This document shows, in pieces, positions 12,030 through 26,693 of a stretch of DNA of 64,000 bases. Numbering within the stretch: position 1 is the stretch's first letter; every line of letters starts with the position of its first letter. The notes under the pieces were generated by a model, which saw only the letters and a program-made list of their open reading frames with translations, was not told the origin of the DNA and did not search any database. Both the position numbers and the translations under genes were made by a program. The stretch is from Tubulanus polymorphus (lineage: Eukaryota; Animalia; Nemertea): the NCBI RefSeq assembly GCF_964204645.1, contig NC_134029.1, positions 20,826,950 through 20,890,949 on the forward strand, read 5' to 3'.

Positions 12030-12053
12030 TGTTCCGAGTGTTTACCGAAGCGA

Positions 12054-12280
12054 TTCTTCAGCTGAAAAAAATAAAAGATCGAATTAGCGGTATTTTTTAA
12101 AACCAAGGTATAATCTCATTAATTGACCCTTGGTTCTTCGACTGAAAAATTGAAAATCGAATTATCAGTATTTTTTAAAACCAAGGTATAATCCTATTAA
12201 TTGACCTTTGGTTCTTCGACTGAAAAATTGAAAATCAGTATTTTCAAAAATTAAGCATAATCCCATTAATTGACCTTTCA
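12054..12280. repeat. Tandem triplication (~78-80 bp unit) that includes the orphan gene's 3' splice site
   Basis: Units start TTCTTC(AG/GA)CTGAAAAA at 12054, 12134, 12212; each has AAACCAAGGTATAATC..ATTAATTGACC or a variant. Confidence 0.8.
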
Positions 12281-15200
12281 CATATATACAAACAAAGAAG
12301 CAACTTTAATAGTTCTCTCAAATAAAATCACCAGTGCAAAACGACCAAATTAAAGCTCACACGAATAGAGAAAGGATTAGTTTGCAATTTGTTGTTGATC
12401 CGGATACAGAATATATCAATTAAATCCACTTACAAATAAGCAAATCACGTATACATTTACATTTCCCATTTTTAACTGCTCTTGCCTTGTACGCTCTTAC
12501 ATCGAACTCGAATTGACGAAAATGAAAAGGGTTTCTTATATTCTACATATAATAACCGCACTTCACGTGAAGCCATTTTGATAGTAATTTAACTGAAATT
12601 TCTACATTAGTGTGTTGTACGAAACCGTAGCGTGACAGATTATGTACATTGAGAAGGAAACGTCGAAACAGAAGTTTTCGATCAGCATGCGCAGCTGTGT
12701 GCAGGGCATATCGCAAATAGATTGTTTTAGACCGTGTCACACCATCGTAATGACTACTTATAACTATACAAATTAATAACCGATCGCGAATGCTTCGACC
12801 GGGACCCTCCACGTCTTAAGGTCTCACCCTCCACTTCTTAAGGTATCCTTTTTGATTACTTGGATCCGCCTCCTAGAATTCTGCAGAAATCATTATACTG
12901 AAACAAAATTAACTTTATGTTTAGTACCCCTTCGCGTTCTCATCATAATTTCCCAATGAAAAAAAATTGGATTTGTCCGTCTTGTTTTTCTAGTAACTTG
13001 TAAAAGTTATGTTCATCGTGATTATGTTTTCGTGATTTGCAAAAATGTTATTTTTTTCATTTTCTCCCATCATTTGAATCAAATTCATCACAATTTTCAC
13101 TCCTTTTTAAAATCTATTTTGATTTTTTACCTTCACCCTCCCATTTTTTTCTTGAAAAATCCGCACTCCAAGTAATTAAAAAAGGCCTGAGTAAGATGGT
13201 AGGGCATGCTCCTTCCAGATTCACACAAATGACCCAGTTACCATCAATCTTGTCATCGTGTCAGACACCTCTTTTTCGTAGCATCTCTGACAAATAAATC
13301 ACCACACCCTATTTAAGGACTTTCAAAGCATATTCATCTCGCATTGAGACGTACCGATGCGATCTTTGCGATGATACATTTCAACCGATGAACAGAGCGT
13401 GAAAAATGTCTAAGAAAAATCACGAACAGCCAAGTATAAGACTTTTTCTACGATTTCTGTAGAACCTATAGATTATATCGAATTTTTCAACATTTTCTAT
13501 TAGATGTCTGGAACGCGAATACGCCCTACTTAAATACACCAACGTGGTGTCAAAATAAACGTGCATGTACTAAACTATGTCTATGTATATAGTGCGATAC
13601 TTAAAAGTTTAATAATCAAAATTCATTACATTTATAAAACATCGTTTGGGATGTTACGAACACTGGCTACCGCTTTTTTGAACTAACGACCTAGAAACAA
13701 ATTCCTGCTAAAGATATTTCCTACCTTCATTATCAGTGCTAAAATTCGACAACTATTCTAACTATTCGTCAAAATCGTCTATTGCGTTTAACGCCTTTTC
13801 GGATCGAATCTCATTAAGAGCGCACCGTACGTATAGATGAGTTATACCGATCAGCGCGCTCGAGACGAACTGAGACACTCGATCCGAAAAACAATCAATC
13901 AACAGACCGCCGTGCTACTGCATAGCTAATTAATTTTATTGCGATCTCCGAAGACCGACACACAATATATACGGATACGATTTCTTCATTTATACGTGCC
14001 ATTAAAATGTCCTCAATCATATATAAATGTATATAGAGAGAGAGACATTTGTTTCCATTTCGAACATAATTTCCACGTCTGCGAGCTCGACCAGCTCGTT
14101 TATTTTACAAGTTTATTCTAATGAAATTATTTATTCGAAAATTTCTTCTCTCGTTATATAGACACATGTACTTCGCTGCGTACAATAGCTCGTTAGTTTC
14201 TATCGTGTCTGTATGTTAGATAATCAATGGGAACTTTTGTAGGTCTTAAAATTCGCTGACAAACATTTCGAAGAATATCGACGTTTAATTCATCATAAAA
14301 TTGACAAAGTTTTCGCCAAAGCGTCTGTGAAGATGATTAATTTTGTGAATTTTAGGAAATTAGATAATCGCATTGCATTTATATCTAGATTTGAATATAT
14401 AGCCTGCTGGATGACAGTTTGGGGTAAGGTTTTAGAATTCATTAACAAACGAAATTCTCACTGACGGCGCCTCATCCGCAGTTGTATGAATAGCAGACGG
14501 TGAACTGATGATTTCGCTTTTGTTTTGATGAATTTAATTTCATGGTTCGTAATGCATTTTTCATGTCACACACAGAAGTGTTAGCAGTAATACGAGCCCT
14601 TCGCGTATGTAATGAATTTGTTAGAATAATGCGGCCTCGGATATAAACGCGTGCGAAATAAACAGACCCGCGTAGAATTAGGTATCCGAAGCGAAAAACT
14701 TTTTTGAAGGGGCATTTATTTTGATACCGGGATGTCATATCCATTCTCAGACAATAGATATTGAAAAACTTGGCGGACACGTGATAATGTATGCACATTT
14801 ATCTTTACCCCTCCTGTATTTTTTCTGCTTAAAACAAACGAACAGCCACGACAGATCGCGACAAAAAAAAATGTAGCAACATTATTTCTAACGTTTCTCA
14901 TCCATATAGACTTGATAATTTCGTAAAAATGGGTTTGAAATGTCATAATTCTATCATTTAATTAATGGAAATATATTGTTTAACCGAAAAAGCTATGTTT
15001 AAAATCAGAGCCAGTATATCTGTATCGTTATTTACCTGAAATTTTCTCGTAGTAGCTTCGCGTCAACCGCGTCGACCGGGTCTCAGCATCCGAGTCTATA
15101 TAAAACTCAGTGCGCTGTTACTAAATTCTTTCATACTGTTATCGATGTTGGCTTATCAAACCATGGTCTCTATGGCAGAAATAATAATTATTTCATGGTT

Positions 15201-16455
15201 TTATGAATTTCTCTAACTTAACGGATCACGAAATTTCCGGCGGCGCCCGCGGTGTATATTCATTAACGGTTTGACGTTAACTGCTCGTATGGCGCGTAAT
15301 ACACGCATGGCAGGTAGTCGGTGAAATATTTGACCCGGGTGAAGATTACTGGATCTGATTTTGTTTTTAGATATATATCTATTCAGAGCACTGTCTACAA
15401 ATAAAGGAAGAAAGACGAGTAAAACACGCGTGGTTAAATAGAACCTGTTTTTGATAAAGTGGGCAAATGGGTCGCGAATTCAAGAAAAAGACAGGTTCTA
15501 CACTAACGAATCATTTCGCCATTTCATAATCACACTTTAATCTACCTCGAAATTATGATCGATGTTTGTACGGCCAATATCCATTCAAATAGGACGCCTC
15601 TATTAGCCAGGCATGTTCATACTAGGAAAAAAATGTTCACGCTTCGGAAAAATCTGCGTCCGGTTTTTAATGTTTACCAAACCTGTATACAGATATTAGT
15701 GACAACCAGGAAGTGCTGCCACTAAAGTCAAATTCAATGAAAATTTATTCATGTTGTTCCTAGTTAAAAATTCACATCTTGGAATCACGCAAGATTTTGT
15801 CGCTAATTTGCCGGTATCTTAAAGGGAATAGGTGCACACATATATTCGGTATTTTCAAAGAAAATTCTACATGCAAAAAAGTTCAGTCTAAAGAGTTAAA
15901 CTTGACGGGAGTTTGTATATCGTCTGAACAGCGCGCGTCACGTCGCTCGCTCGCTGCGCTACCGGTAGGCGACAGGTCGTATAATCGTGCGCCAGTACTG
16001 CCTGACGTTCCAGGTACTGTTAATCAGGATCGGTCAGCGCCAGAGTGCACACAGTCGCTATGTCAACTCTACGGTTTAGTCAGTTTTTACACTTCAGCCA
16101 TTGATTGGTAGGAATAATTTTGATGTCATGTTCTTTCCTCAAATAATAGATTCTGGGTAAGTTGCTAAGTGAATATGTTGTTTATCAAATTTCCTTGTGG
16201 TGGGTGGCAACTCACTACATTCTACATAACCCTTAATTGCTATTTACGGAAGCCAATAAATTTCTCAAAGAATTTTTGTAATGAATAAAAACTAATCAGC
16301 CTTAATTACCAATGACTCATTATGAAAACCGTTGGATTTTTCAAAAATTTCTCTATTACCTACAAATCTATTTTTCGCTTTTTTTTGCAGAAGAGTGTTG
16401 TAATTGTTGTATAGAAGCTGTCTTTGAGTAAGGACTTTGAAAAGAGCGATCGAAA

Positions 16456-19400
16456 ATGGGTGAAGAGGACGGTGCTGTAGTCGGTGTAAGATACACGAAC
16501 AACGGCGGAGATTCGGAAAATCTACAAGTCGAAACGAAATCTCCCGCTAAAAATCGTTTGAAAGGTTCGGCAGTCGGTGACAGCAGCAATATGGACGCCG
16601 CTCAGATTCCCGTTTCGAAGCGCCATCAAATCACGCTGTTCGAACGAGCAGCCGGAAGCTGGTGGAACCCGAAGTTCGATTCTCGCGTTCTCGAAAAGCA
16701 GCACCTGCTCAGCATATTCCCGCAAACGCGACGACGATTTCAATACGCCATGTTTTACATCATCGCGTCGTGCGCCGCTTGGGGCTTGTATTTCGCCCTG
16801 TGTGGCTCGGAAGCGAATTGGTTACTGTTCACGATCGCGTCCGCCGTTATGCTCGCCGTTTCCGTTGTCTTACTCCTCGTCACGTACACGAAATACTACC
16901 GCAAGTTTTATTTGATCGTGTCGATTATGATATCGTTGTTATTGTGCGCCGTATTGTTGGGTTCATTCCATTCTAAAGATCCCGATATTTCGGGTGTCGG
17001 CTCGTTCACGGGGTCGATCGCCCTGATCATAATGATGTACACGGTGATTCCGATGCCGTTGTTTTTGTCGGTTCTCATCGGCGGTTGTTATTCGGTCGGG
17101 TTCGAGGTACTGTCGATTTTTACTCACGGTATGAACGAATCGCAGCTGATCGTCGGGCGTATTCTGATGCACATCTGCATTCACATCATCGGCATACACA
17201 TATTCATCAATTTACAAGCGCGACAACGCAGCACGTTCTGGAAAGTCGGGCAGTCGGTGATGGCACGGCGCGATCTGCTCGTCGAGAAAAAACTCAAAGA
17301 CAAAATGATCTACTCGTTGATGCCGCCGTCGGTCGCGAAGGACGTCATCGAGAAAGCTCGCGGCGACAACGACGAGTCGATCCTGCCGAAGCGTCTGCGC
17401 AATCGCAAGAAAGGCTCGAAGGAGAAAGCGCAGATACGCTTCCGTCCGTTCACGATGTCCAGCATGAACGAGGTGAGCATCCTGTTCGCCGATATCGTCG
17501 GCTTCACGAAAATGAGCTCGAACAAAACGGCCGAACATCTGGTCGGTTTGTTGAACGATTTGTTTGGACGGTTCGACAAGTTGTGCACGGCCAGCGGCTG
17601 CGAGAAGATCAGCACGCTCGGCGATTGCTACTACTGCGTGTCGGGCTGCCCGGAACCGCGACCGGACCACGCCAAGTGCTGCGTCGAAATGGGCCGCGGG
17701 ATGATCGAGGCGATTAAACAGTTCGACGAGGACAACAAGGAGGAGGTGAACATGCGCGTCGGCGTGCACACCGGCACGGTGTTGTGCGGCATCGTCGGCA
17801 CGCGGCGTTTCAAGTTCGACGTCTTCTCGAACGACGTGACGTTCGCGAATCTGATGGAGTCGACCGGACGACCCGGTCGCGTACACGTATCCGAACTCAG
17901 CCTCGAATACTTGGACGATGAATACGAACTCGAAGAAGGCGAACCGGTCGATGGTGAGTACACGTACTGCATGCACTAATTAACAAATAGTAATTGGTCG
18001 CGCGGCAATAACATCGATTTATACGCCGATAATTGAATAATGAATTATTCATTTTATATACAGGACCGGATCCGAGGGGAGGGTGCGGGGGCGCGCACCC
18101 CTTAAAGTGTCAAGTTGCCTGAAAATTTACGAAAAGATGAAAAATATTAAATTGACACCGAAAAAATTTTTAAATCATTCTCAACGGAAATGAGTTATTA
18201 TTCTGTGATGAGCTTTCTTTCCTGTGAATCTTATATCTTTTAATCAATATGGTATGCCCTATTTTCGGGGTGCACCCCTCCCTCTCAGACTTTAGATCGG
18301 CCCCTGACGTAAATCGATGCTTAGTTTTATATGCCCTAGGTGTTCTGTATGTTGTCTACATTTCGTTGACATTTCACTAGTCAATCTCGCTGTATACACC
18401 TAGGCCTAGTCGATTCGGTTCAGTAAACATGAATGGCAATTTCAATTTTCACAGTTCTGCGCTGTGAAAAGCTCAGCAAGGTGCATGGGCGACCGGTAAA
18501 CTAAGCAGTACTATTATCTACTACGAGCTACAAGCTGGCCATATTGTGTATAAATAAATATATACAAGAGGCGATAAATGAAATTATTCATGATCAGTTT
18601 ATGATAATATTGCGTTATTTCGAGCGTGGTAAAAAATTTTTCGTCATAAAATCTACACTCCGTAAATATGAATAATGGATTTCCTCTCGAAATAGCCTGA
18701 GCGCCAAGCGACGCGGTTTGTAGGTAGCGTACTAATTGGGTTATTGTTACAGTTTGTCAAATCATGATGTTCAGTTACAATCTATCAAGGGCGCGATTTG
18801 CTGAAAAAACGCTGTTTTTCCAGTACGAAAAAAGTGCTTTCACTAAAACTTTACTCGCGATTATTTGAGAATATTTAGAATGATTAGTCGCGTTATGCTA
18901 CGTATAATGTTGTATTTACGTAACGAATGAATGTGTGATCTCGGGGGCGACTAATGGAGTGGATCGTAATGTTCGACGTCGACGCGATACAAATTGACGG
19001 CGGTTTAGTTTACCGCGTTACGTATAGAAATATTGAATCATCTATCGGCGGTAATTATCGATCGGTATCATCGTTTTGTTCGTTCGTTTCCGCGTACAAA
19101 TATCGCCCGGTTAAAGGTGTGTCGGTGCCCCCCCACTGTGGTGTTGACAAACACCGCGCGCTTTCATTCGCGACTCTCGATCGCCGCCTGCAGTCGTATC
19201 TCCTGGGTGCCCACTGGCCTGGAAAACCTAGAAAACTCAAGGAATCGGAACAATTCGGAAAAAATCAGTGAAATGTCAGGGAATTTGATAAATTTTACCA
19301 AAAACCTCTAAAGCTCAGATATAAATCTAGAAAAAAATGTTAGTGAAAACTCGGGGTAGGCCTACAATTTGACCAATTTTACTGAAAAACCAGTTTTATG

Positions 19401-22400
19401 GACTGGTATTACCTTTAACCCGTGGGGTTAATTCAATTCATTTTCAATTGAATTAGCCAGTAATGCCAGTCTATAAAACTGCGCTCTGGAAATCGTGGAA
19501 TTTGGATAAGGTTATCTGCCACATGTTACTTTATCAATATAAATCACTGAAAAATGAATGAATTGTAACATTTTAAACCTAGAAATTTCTCTGATTCCCT
19601 CGGGGAATTTTGTGGAAAAAGTCAGGGATAACTCGGGGGGGGGGGGGGGATTGTGTAATTTGTAGTAAGTAGATTTGCAAATTGGCACCCCAATTTATGT
19701 TAGGAATACAAATCGTAAACATAAGCCTTTATTTAAACGACGGTATTTCTTTGAATAGAAATACCGTTAATGATACCGCGAAAGCCATTAAATTTACAGG
19801 TTATCATGAAATGAACTTCGCGCTGGTGCATTAGTTAATTCACATGTATTAAAAGGAATGCCCTGAACAAATATGCCCATATTAAAGTGTTGTTTTCGTA
19901 TTTGGCCCGATAGTTAGCTTATTTTTAAATTTGTTTTCCAATTCTATGGTCTCCAGTTGAAATTAAAGATTTCAATCTACTGTTCTATGTACACGCAGCG
20001 AGTTGAGCATGTATGACTCGTTGCATATTTATGCGTTAACCAGTCATTTGTTGATAATTCAAATCGTCATCGAATCAATATGAAATCAGGGTTGCCTCGT
20101 ACCCCCGGAAATCGGGGAAAAGTCGGGGCATTTTTTATTTTCGAAGAATAGTCGGGGATGTTTGTTTAGAAAAAGGCTAGAAATAAGGGAAATTCGATTG
20201 TTAGATCGCGCGTAAAATCAAACAGTTTCTGTCTATGTATCGCGTATTTGACTGATCGGATTCTTAGCAGATGAAGTCAGGGAAAACAACGTGCGTGTCA
20301 GGGAAAAAGCAAGTCAGATAAAAGTGGCCATCCTGAAAATGCTGATTGATGAAACGAATTTCCCAGATTTCCCGATTGCCTTCCTTTTAAAGGCTAAAAT
20401 CAAACTCCTCGAAAAACTGGTTCGTTGCTGTTTGTTTTACGGTTGTTGTTGCCATCGTTGTCGCGTCGCAAAACTCATCGATGGATTGATGTCTGGTCGA
20501 TGTAACCCGCCGGCGAGGATTAAAAGACTGCGATGAGTTATCGAAGGATATATTAATTGGCGTTAGCTCCGGGCGACTGCTGCAATACATCGCCCGGTTC
20601 ATTCGCATTAAATTTCTAACGAAGCTACCGCTATATATTAATCGCTTAAATGCGACGTTCCTTCAACAAAGTATTGTTTACGTTTCGCCCATCTAAAAAT
20701 ACACCGATTATGGAAAGTAATGATGTATCGGTTTATTGATTGGTTACTTAGATCAAAGTTTGTCATCGTAGTCCCGCTTTATTCTTAGATCTAGCAGGTT
20801 ATGTGTTCCTGTTGTACATATTTATCTTTTTTTAAGGCCTGTCTAAGGCAGGACTTAAAAGAGAAGTATATCGGTTTTCGGGACTTTTAAATCGGTGATA
20901 ATCTTGATGAAAACTGTAAAATCCCACAATACTAAAAGAAAATATGAGCCCGAAAGGTTTGCTTGAGTTGTTGTTTACGTGTTGTTTATGATTTATTTTC
21001 AACCTTATGACTATAGTGCTAAAAGTCATCTCCAGGCGTAAGGCCTCCCTATAGGACAATATTCCCGATGACTATTGGGATAAGGTCAAAAAGTTTATAA
21101 TAAACTATAGCTGAAAGATTAACTGTAGTTTGAGGAAACCTTTCGGAGTGTTAATCGTTTCATATTTTAGAATTTTACATGGGTGGCTTGTGCGACAATA
21201 GATTCATCCGCCCCCCCCCCCCCCCCGGAGTGGCGTGAAAAGTTTAGGCGTGGCACTGAGGAGTGGGTTGTGAAGGCGAATTTAGCTCGACAAGCGATTA
21301 TTAAAGAGAATTGATGTATTGTGGTTAATGATTAATGTAGATAGGCGCGATAATGAGGATCTCGGTCAGTCGACTGACTGCGAGTTCACACTCGTCAATA
21401 TCGGCATGCGAGTTGTTAATCAGTAGCGTAGCCCGTCAAATGTTTTTTGAGGATTCCCCAGTCGTGGATCTGTCACTAATCTTATTTGTTGTAGATGACA
21501 TTGCCAACTTCCTCCCTTACGACGGAGACTGTTGCTATGGTAACTATAGTAGAAAACACGTGAATATTACGCCGAATGGACGAGGGCTCGTCTTCCGACG
21601 ACGTACACGGCTCCCTCACTCGAAGCCCCGATAGTCGAAAAATTTGCGATAAGTTCGACAGGGTTTTCAAATCGAGGAGAATATTAGCTTTAATTATTCA
21701 GCGTCATCAGCTCTTAACACGATGAAAATCGCTATTCACGATGAATGTATCCTTCGTTTTCATTAACCGAGATTTCCTATAGTTTCGGATATTATGCGGC
21801 TACCCGGGACACGGGGTGCGTCGTGCGAGCCCGCAGGTGTTCGTGTCCGTCGGCGCGAGCCCGCAGGTGTTCGTGTCCGTCCGCGATTACGAATTAGCGC
21901 GCCGGTCAAAAAGGCACGGCGACCTTTCCGTCGTTCGGTCTCTCGTCGTACGGGAGACAAACAAAGCTTAGCGATTTTCTTTCTCAGAAACCGGTGACAT
22001 TTAGAAATTTCTCCCGTGTTGTCGGCGTCGGTTTATGTAGTAATGAAACTGATATATCGTATGATACAGTGGTGAACATGGCCGTTGCTGGTGTATGATT
22101 AACCGACTGTTGACATTACGCGGAGTTTTAGTTTGCAAGACTATCCGTATATGACAACATTTTCATGTCATCTGGTATTTGGTATTCGTCATCTGGTATT
22201 TGCGAGTACAAGTTTCTGATGGCATTAAGATGGTATACCTAAACTGACTCTTATGCTTAGTTAAGTTAATTCAGGGAGGTGCGCACTTCGAAAACATCGT
22301 GGAAGTTTCGATCGACTTTTTAGAACTGCCAACTGTTCTTGTATTTCAGTATTTTGTTACTATTTTATAACAAGAGATACCGATTTGCGTTGCGAGAATG

Positions 22401-25400
22401 CTACAGAAACGCGAAACATGTTACTGAAGGTCTTACTGTTGAACATTTTCTTTCAGATTTCTGAAGTCTTATACTATAATGATAATTTTATTTTTCATTC
22501 GACTTCATTTCAAAATAAGGTTATTTTCACAATTTCGGAATAATGAGATGTTAAATGAGGGATCCCGCACGAGCCTTTAGGGCTGTACTTACAAGCAATC
22601 CGCAAGGCGCTGAACCCAAGTGCAAAGTGCATACTTGTTACTGATAGCACTTTGGCAGATTTTGGCAGCCCGTGATTTCTTTTTTTAATGCCGATTAAGA
22701 ATAAATGATTCCCAGCTCTAAGAGCTCAAATCATCAAAATACTCTCATAATCAGAATAAGAACATTTTCGATCAAACTTCTTATTTTCGGTGTCAAATTG
22801 TGGTGAAAACTTCCGCCTGAGATGCCGACGTGCATTTCTCACTGGTTTCCGGAAAAAACGAAAATACAGTTTTTGAGAATCAATTCTGTTTCGTTCTCTC
22901 ATCGCTGACGTATTACGACATTAAGATACTCGCGAGTGCGATTTGATGAACTAATTTAGTCTCAGGAGTGAACGCTGATGCCGGTTTCGAGTGTTCTTAT
23001 TCTTCTCTTCTCAGTCTCCCACGACGCCTTTAATGCCACCTTTGTACGGCCACTTAAGTATCCAAAACTCGTTTAAAGTCTTATTATCTCCGTCGTCTCT
23101 CGTCGTTCGTATTTCCATGGCGACGACTACGGCGCCGTTAATTTCGCGCGAAATTCGTTCGCAGATTGAAAAAACAAAATTCGCTTTTTTCAATCGGTCA
23201 CGGTGTTTACCGTAGAAACCGCGGTTTTTCGAAATTAACTTATGGTCATCTGTTTCTGATGATGTATACCGCGTGTGCGAGCGCGTGCGGATAGAAGCTT
23301 TTGAGCTGATTGCAGCGCGATGTTGTCTCGCTGCCGGCATGTTTATTGTCACATGTTTAGCGCGTTTATCGCTTTGTGCCGAGAATAAAGAATCTAACCC
23401 TCCAGACATCGTCGTCGTCGTCGAATCAGCCGTGTCTGTGCTTTCCGTAGCCAATTTTGACATTGCAATGACGTCTAGGGATGTATGCGTTTGTTTCGCG
23501 CCGTATAGCAGGTGCTGTTACGGCCATCTTTATTTCCATCCTCAATCATGTCTTGTCCGCGGTGCGATGGCTCAATTTGTCCGCACGAACGAGCCACTAT
23601 GACATTTGCGATGAACGCAGTCCCTTTTCTCCATTCGCCAGTTCGTCAAGTTACTGATATACCTCCACTAATTACCGGTACATGCCCGATATATTTTTTT
23701 TACATGTATTCGTGTATTACCTTTTAACGAGAAAAGATAATGTGTTCGTCATTTGTCATGTCGATATCACCGGTTAGCTCGGTAGCTTGTCACGCGTGCG
23801 TTTGGTCGATTTTAAGTCGTTATAATTGATGTTGCGTGTAGACGCATACGGGGAAACTTGAAACTTAACCGTGTATGTTTGATTGGTCTACTGTTCCGAG
23901 TTTCGTGTTACCAAAGCTCTTTAGGTACTCGGCTTAATTGGCTCTGTGGGTTATTTCCAGCCAGGCAGGAAAGACGGAAACTCGGGCAGGCTTATGGACC
24001 CAAATTCATCGGGGTAATTAGTGGAATCTAATTAGGCCCCGCTGATGAGGAATCACCTAATCGAAATGTCAGCGCTCTCCATATACAGGCCTGCAGCGTG
24101 GAGAATATGGCACGGATCAGGCTCTAGCCTAATTTGGCCCGTGCCTAATTAGAGAGCTCGTTCACATGTAAACCACTCACTCCATACTAAGCAATGCTTA
24201 AACAAAGCAAACATAAGGCATTTTTATAATTAATTTTTAGCACTGTCTTCATTGTTATATTATTTTATATTTTTTGTAAGTCCTTTTGAGCTTGTATTTT
24301 ACATGTAAATAGCACTAAATCTGGTAATAATAATAATAGTTATAATAATAATAATAATAATAATAATTGATAATAAGTTAGATAAAAGTTATTTTCAAAG
24401 TTAGTTGCAATTCAGATGCAATCATTTGTCCCGTGCTAAAATTTAGCTCAAGCCTGGTCCAACGTTAATGGTTGGGCAAATTTGGCCGCCTAAACAGGCG
24501 CGTGCCCATTTGGCACCTGTGTGTACAGTTGTTCCGGGCCAAATACGTTGATCACGGCTAAAGAAACGCACCCACAAATGCATGTGCACGTACTGTCTAG
24601 TAGAAAATGGATGATAGCCAGCGGTAGAATAGATACAAAATGACATGAATGATTTATTTTTTCGTCCATATTCGCACTTGTTACAGCACAGCGTTCCCTG
24701 CGAGGAATTCGGAAAGCTCGATGCGCTCGAGATGATTCAGTAATCAGGGGAATGAATTGCGTCCGTCCACGCGAGCACTTCGGGCAGTCTCGCGTCGTCG
24801 TCGTGTAAAAATTTCTGACTTCGAAATGTTTACCATTTGAAAAAAATTCGCCGCTTTACCAAGATACATAAATAACCAACCTCAGTCTTCTACTCAGAAT
24901 ATAGATACCAAATCTCGATCAAAAATTTCCATCTTCGATCTGCGCTTTCTCGAGTACGAAAATGTCCGTCATATTTCCCTTTTTTTGTCGTGGGAATTCT
25001 TTCTAGCGATATCTCGTGCGGCCGACGGTTGACATTTAAACGAGCGAACGAACGTTTTTGCGCCGAGCGGTGGGAACGCCGTCAGTTGTCGGAATAATCG
25101 CGAACGATTGTTCTTCATTATTATTGATTCGCGGTGTAATCATCGCATCGCGGCGCGGTTCATCCGTCTTTTCAAGTGAAAATCCGCGGTTGAATAAAAG
25201 AGCGTGCGACGCGACGACGAAGTACTAAAGAGCCCGACGATCCCGTATCGCGAAAAAAAAAAACGAGACTTTTCATGGATTATTCATTCAGCAACATTTA
25301 TACATTCATCGGCTTCCATTCGAAAATTCAACAGTGTACTTCTTTTTGTAAATATAAGATCTGTTGGAACTTCTTGACTTATATACTTTAGGCACTGATG

Positions 25401-26621
25401 GCAATGTACTGAATGATGGTGTATGCCGATAATGGGGTACGGGCAACACCAGATGGCGCTAAGAAAAAACCGGTTTATTCTTAGTGAAAATCATTTCACT
25501 TTTTATGAAATTTAAACTTGATTTTTAGGCTTCCGAATCTGAAAATTATCGAAAAAGTTATATGATTTGATATGTTTTATTTACAAAATTAATGAATAAG
25601 AAAATACATTAGAAATGTAATAATATTAAATGAAGGACTGCTTTGAAGCAACAGTTAGCTTATACAAGAAAGCAGCCCTAGAGAAGAGAGGAAAAAAATA
25701 TACGTAAGATGAAAGTCATCGGATAGATATAAGATTGCCTTTCTCGCTCACCGTACGGTATTGATTTCACTGAGAATTGAGATTTACTTATCGTAAAAGA
25801 TGACTCGGATTTAATTGAAATGTAGAAGAAATCGAAGCGTGGTAACCCCGTGCCACTAGCGATCCTGGTGGATTATCGCCGAATCCTCGCTTCTCTCAGG
25901 TAGCCTCGCCGATATCGCATTCTTGTGCCCCCCCCCCCCCCCGCACTCACACAGATCACCATCAACCAGAACGCATCGATCAACTATAGGCACATAAAAA
26001 TGTGACCAATATGAATTTCTTCTGCTCGAATCGCGCGAAATATTCGGCTTTCGGGGGCGGTTAGAAATCGCGATATCTCTCTCGAAAATGTTGTTGTTTT
26101 GATGTCTTTTGTCAGGCAATAAAAAATCCGCGTGGAACATTTCATCTAATTAGTGGCCTGATGAATTGAATGATCGATCTAATTCGATTAGAGTTACGTT
26201 GATTTATCGCGGCTTTGATGACGGTGTAGAGGGAACCGTGCTGTGTATTTGCCGTGTTAATGGGTGGGGTTGCCGGCTGATATTTGACGCGTAGTCGAGT
26301 GTTATCGTTGATTAGTTTTGCGTGGTTGTATCTTGGTCGTATCTTCGTCATTCGTGTTAGTGTTGTGGTTGAAACATTTTCGATTATAAGATGAAGCCTC
26401 TCGGCATCTCATCGTACACGAAAAACGATGATGTCGTAATTTATCGTCGTTAGATCTTCAGAATTTCTAGTTACAGTAAACCTTGCCGGACTTGGACTAA
26501 CTGGGACTGGCAAATTGGTCCAATAGGAAAATATGTAAGTCAGAAAGATGATTTCATTTTTCTCCGATTTAGCCAACTCCAAGACTTAGGTGAGTGTCCG
26601 AGTTAGGCGAGGTTTACCGTG

Positions 26622-26693
<72 letters not shown>

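Noticed and set aside
15060-16010. CRE half-sites upstream of ADCY9 suggesting cAMP feedback
   Set aside because: Only 5-bp TGACG/CGTCA half-sites, common in this CpG-rich sequence; no full TGACGTCA.
16522-17976. Overlapping antisense and alternate-frame ORFs in ADCY9, CCNK, orphan and CBP exons
   Set aside because: Shadows of GC-rich codon usage in real exons.
23011-23463. 150-aa minus-strand ORF as nested gene in ADCY9 intron
   Set aside because: No recognisable domain or supporting exon structure; CG-rich non-coding DNA yields such ORFs by chance.
24041-24074. CTGATGAG...CGAAATGTC hammerhead-like string
   Set aside because: No stem I complement and only 1-2 bp of stem II; better explained as a chance CGCTGA/TCAGCG hairpin.
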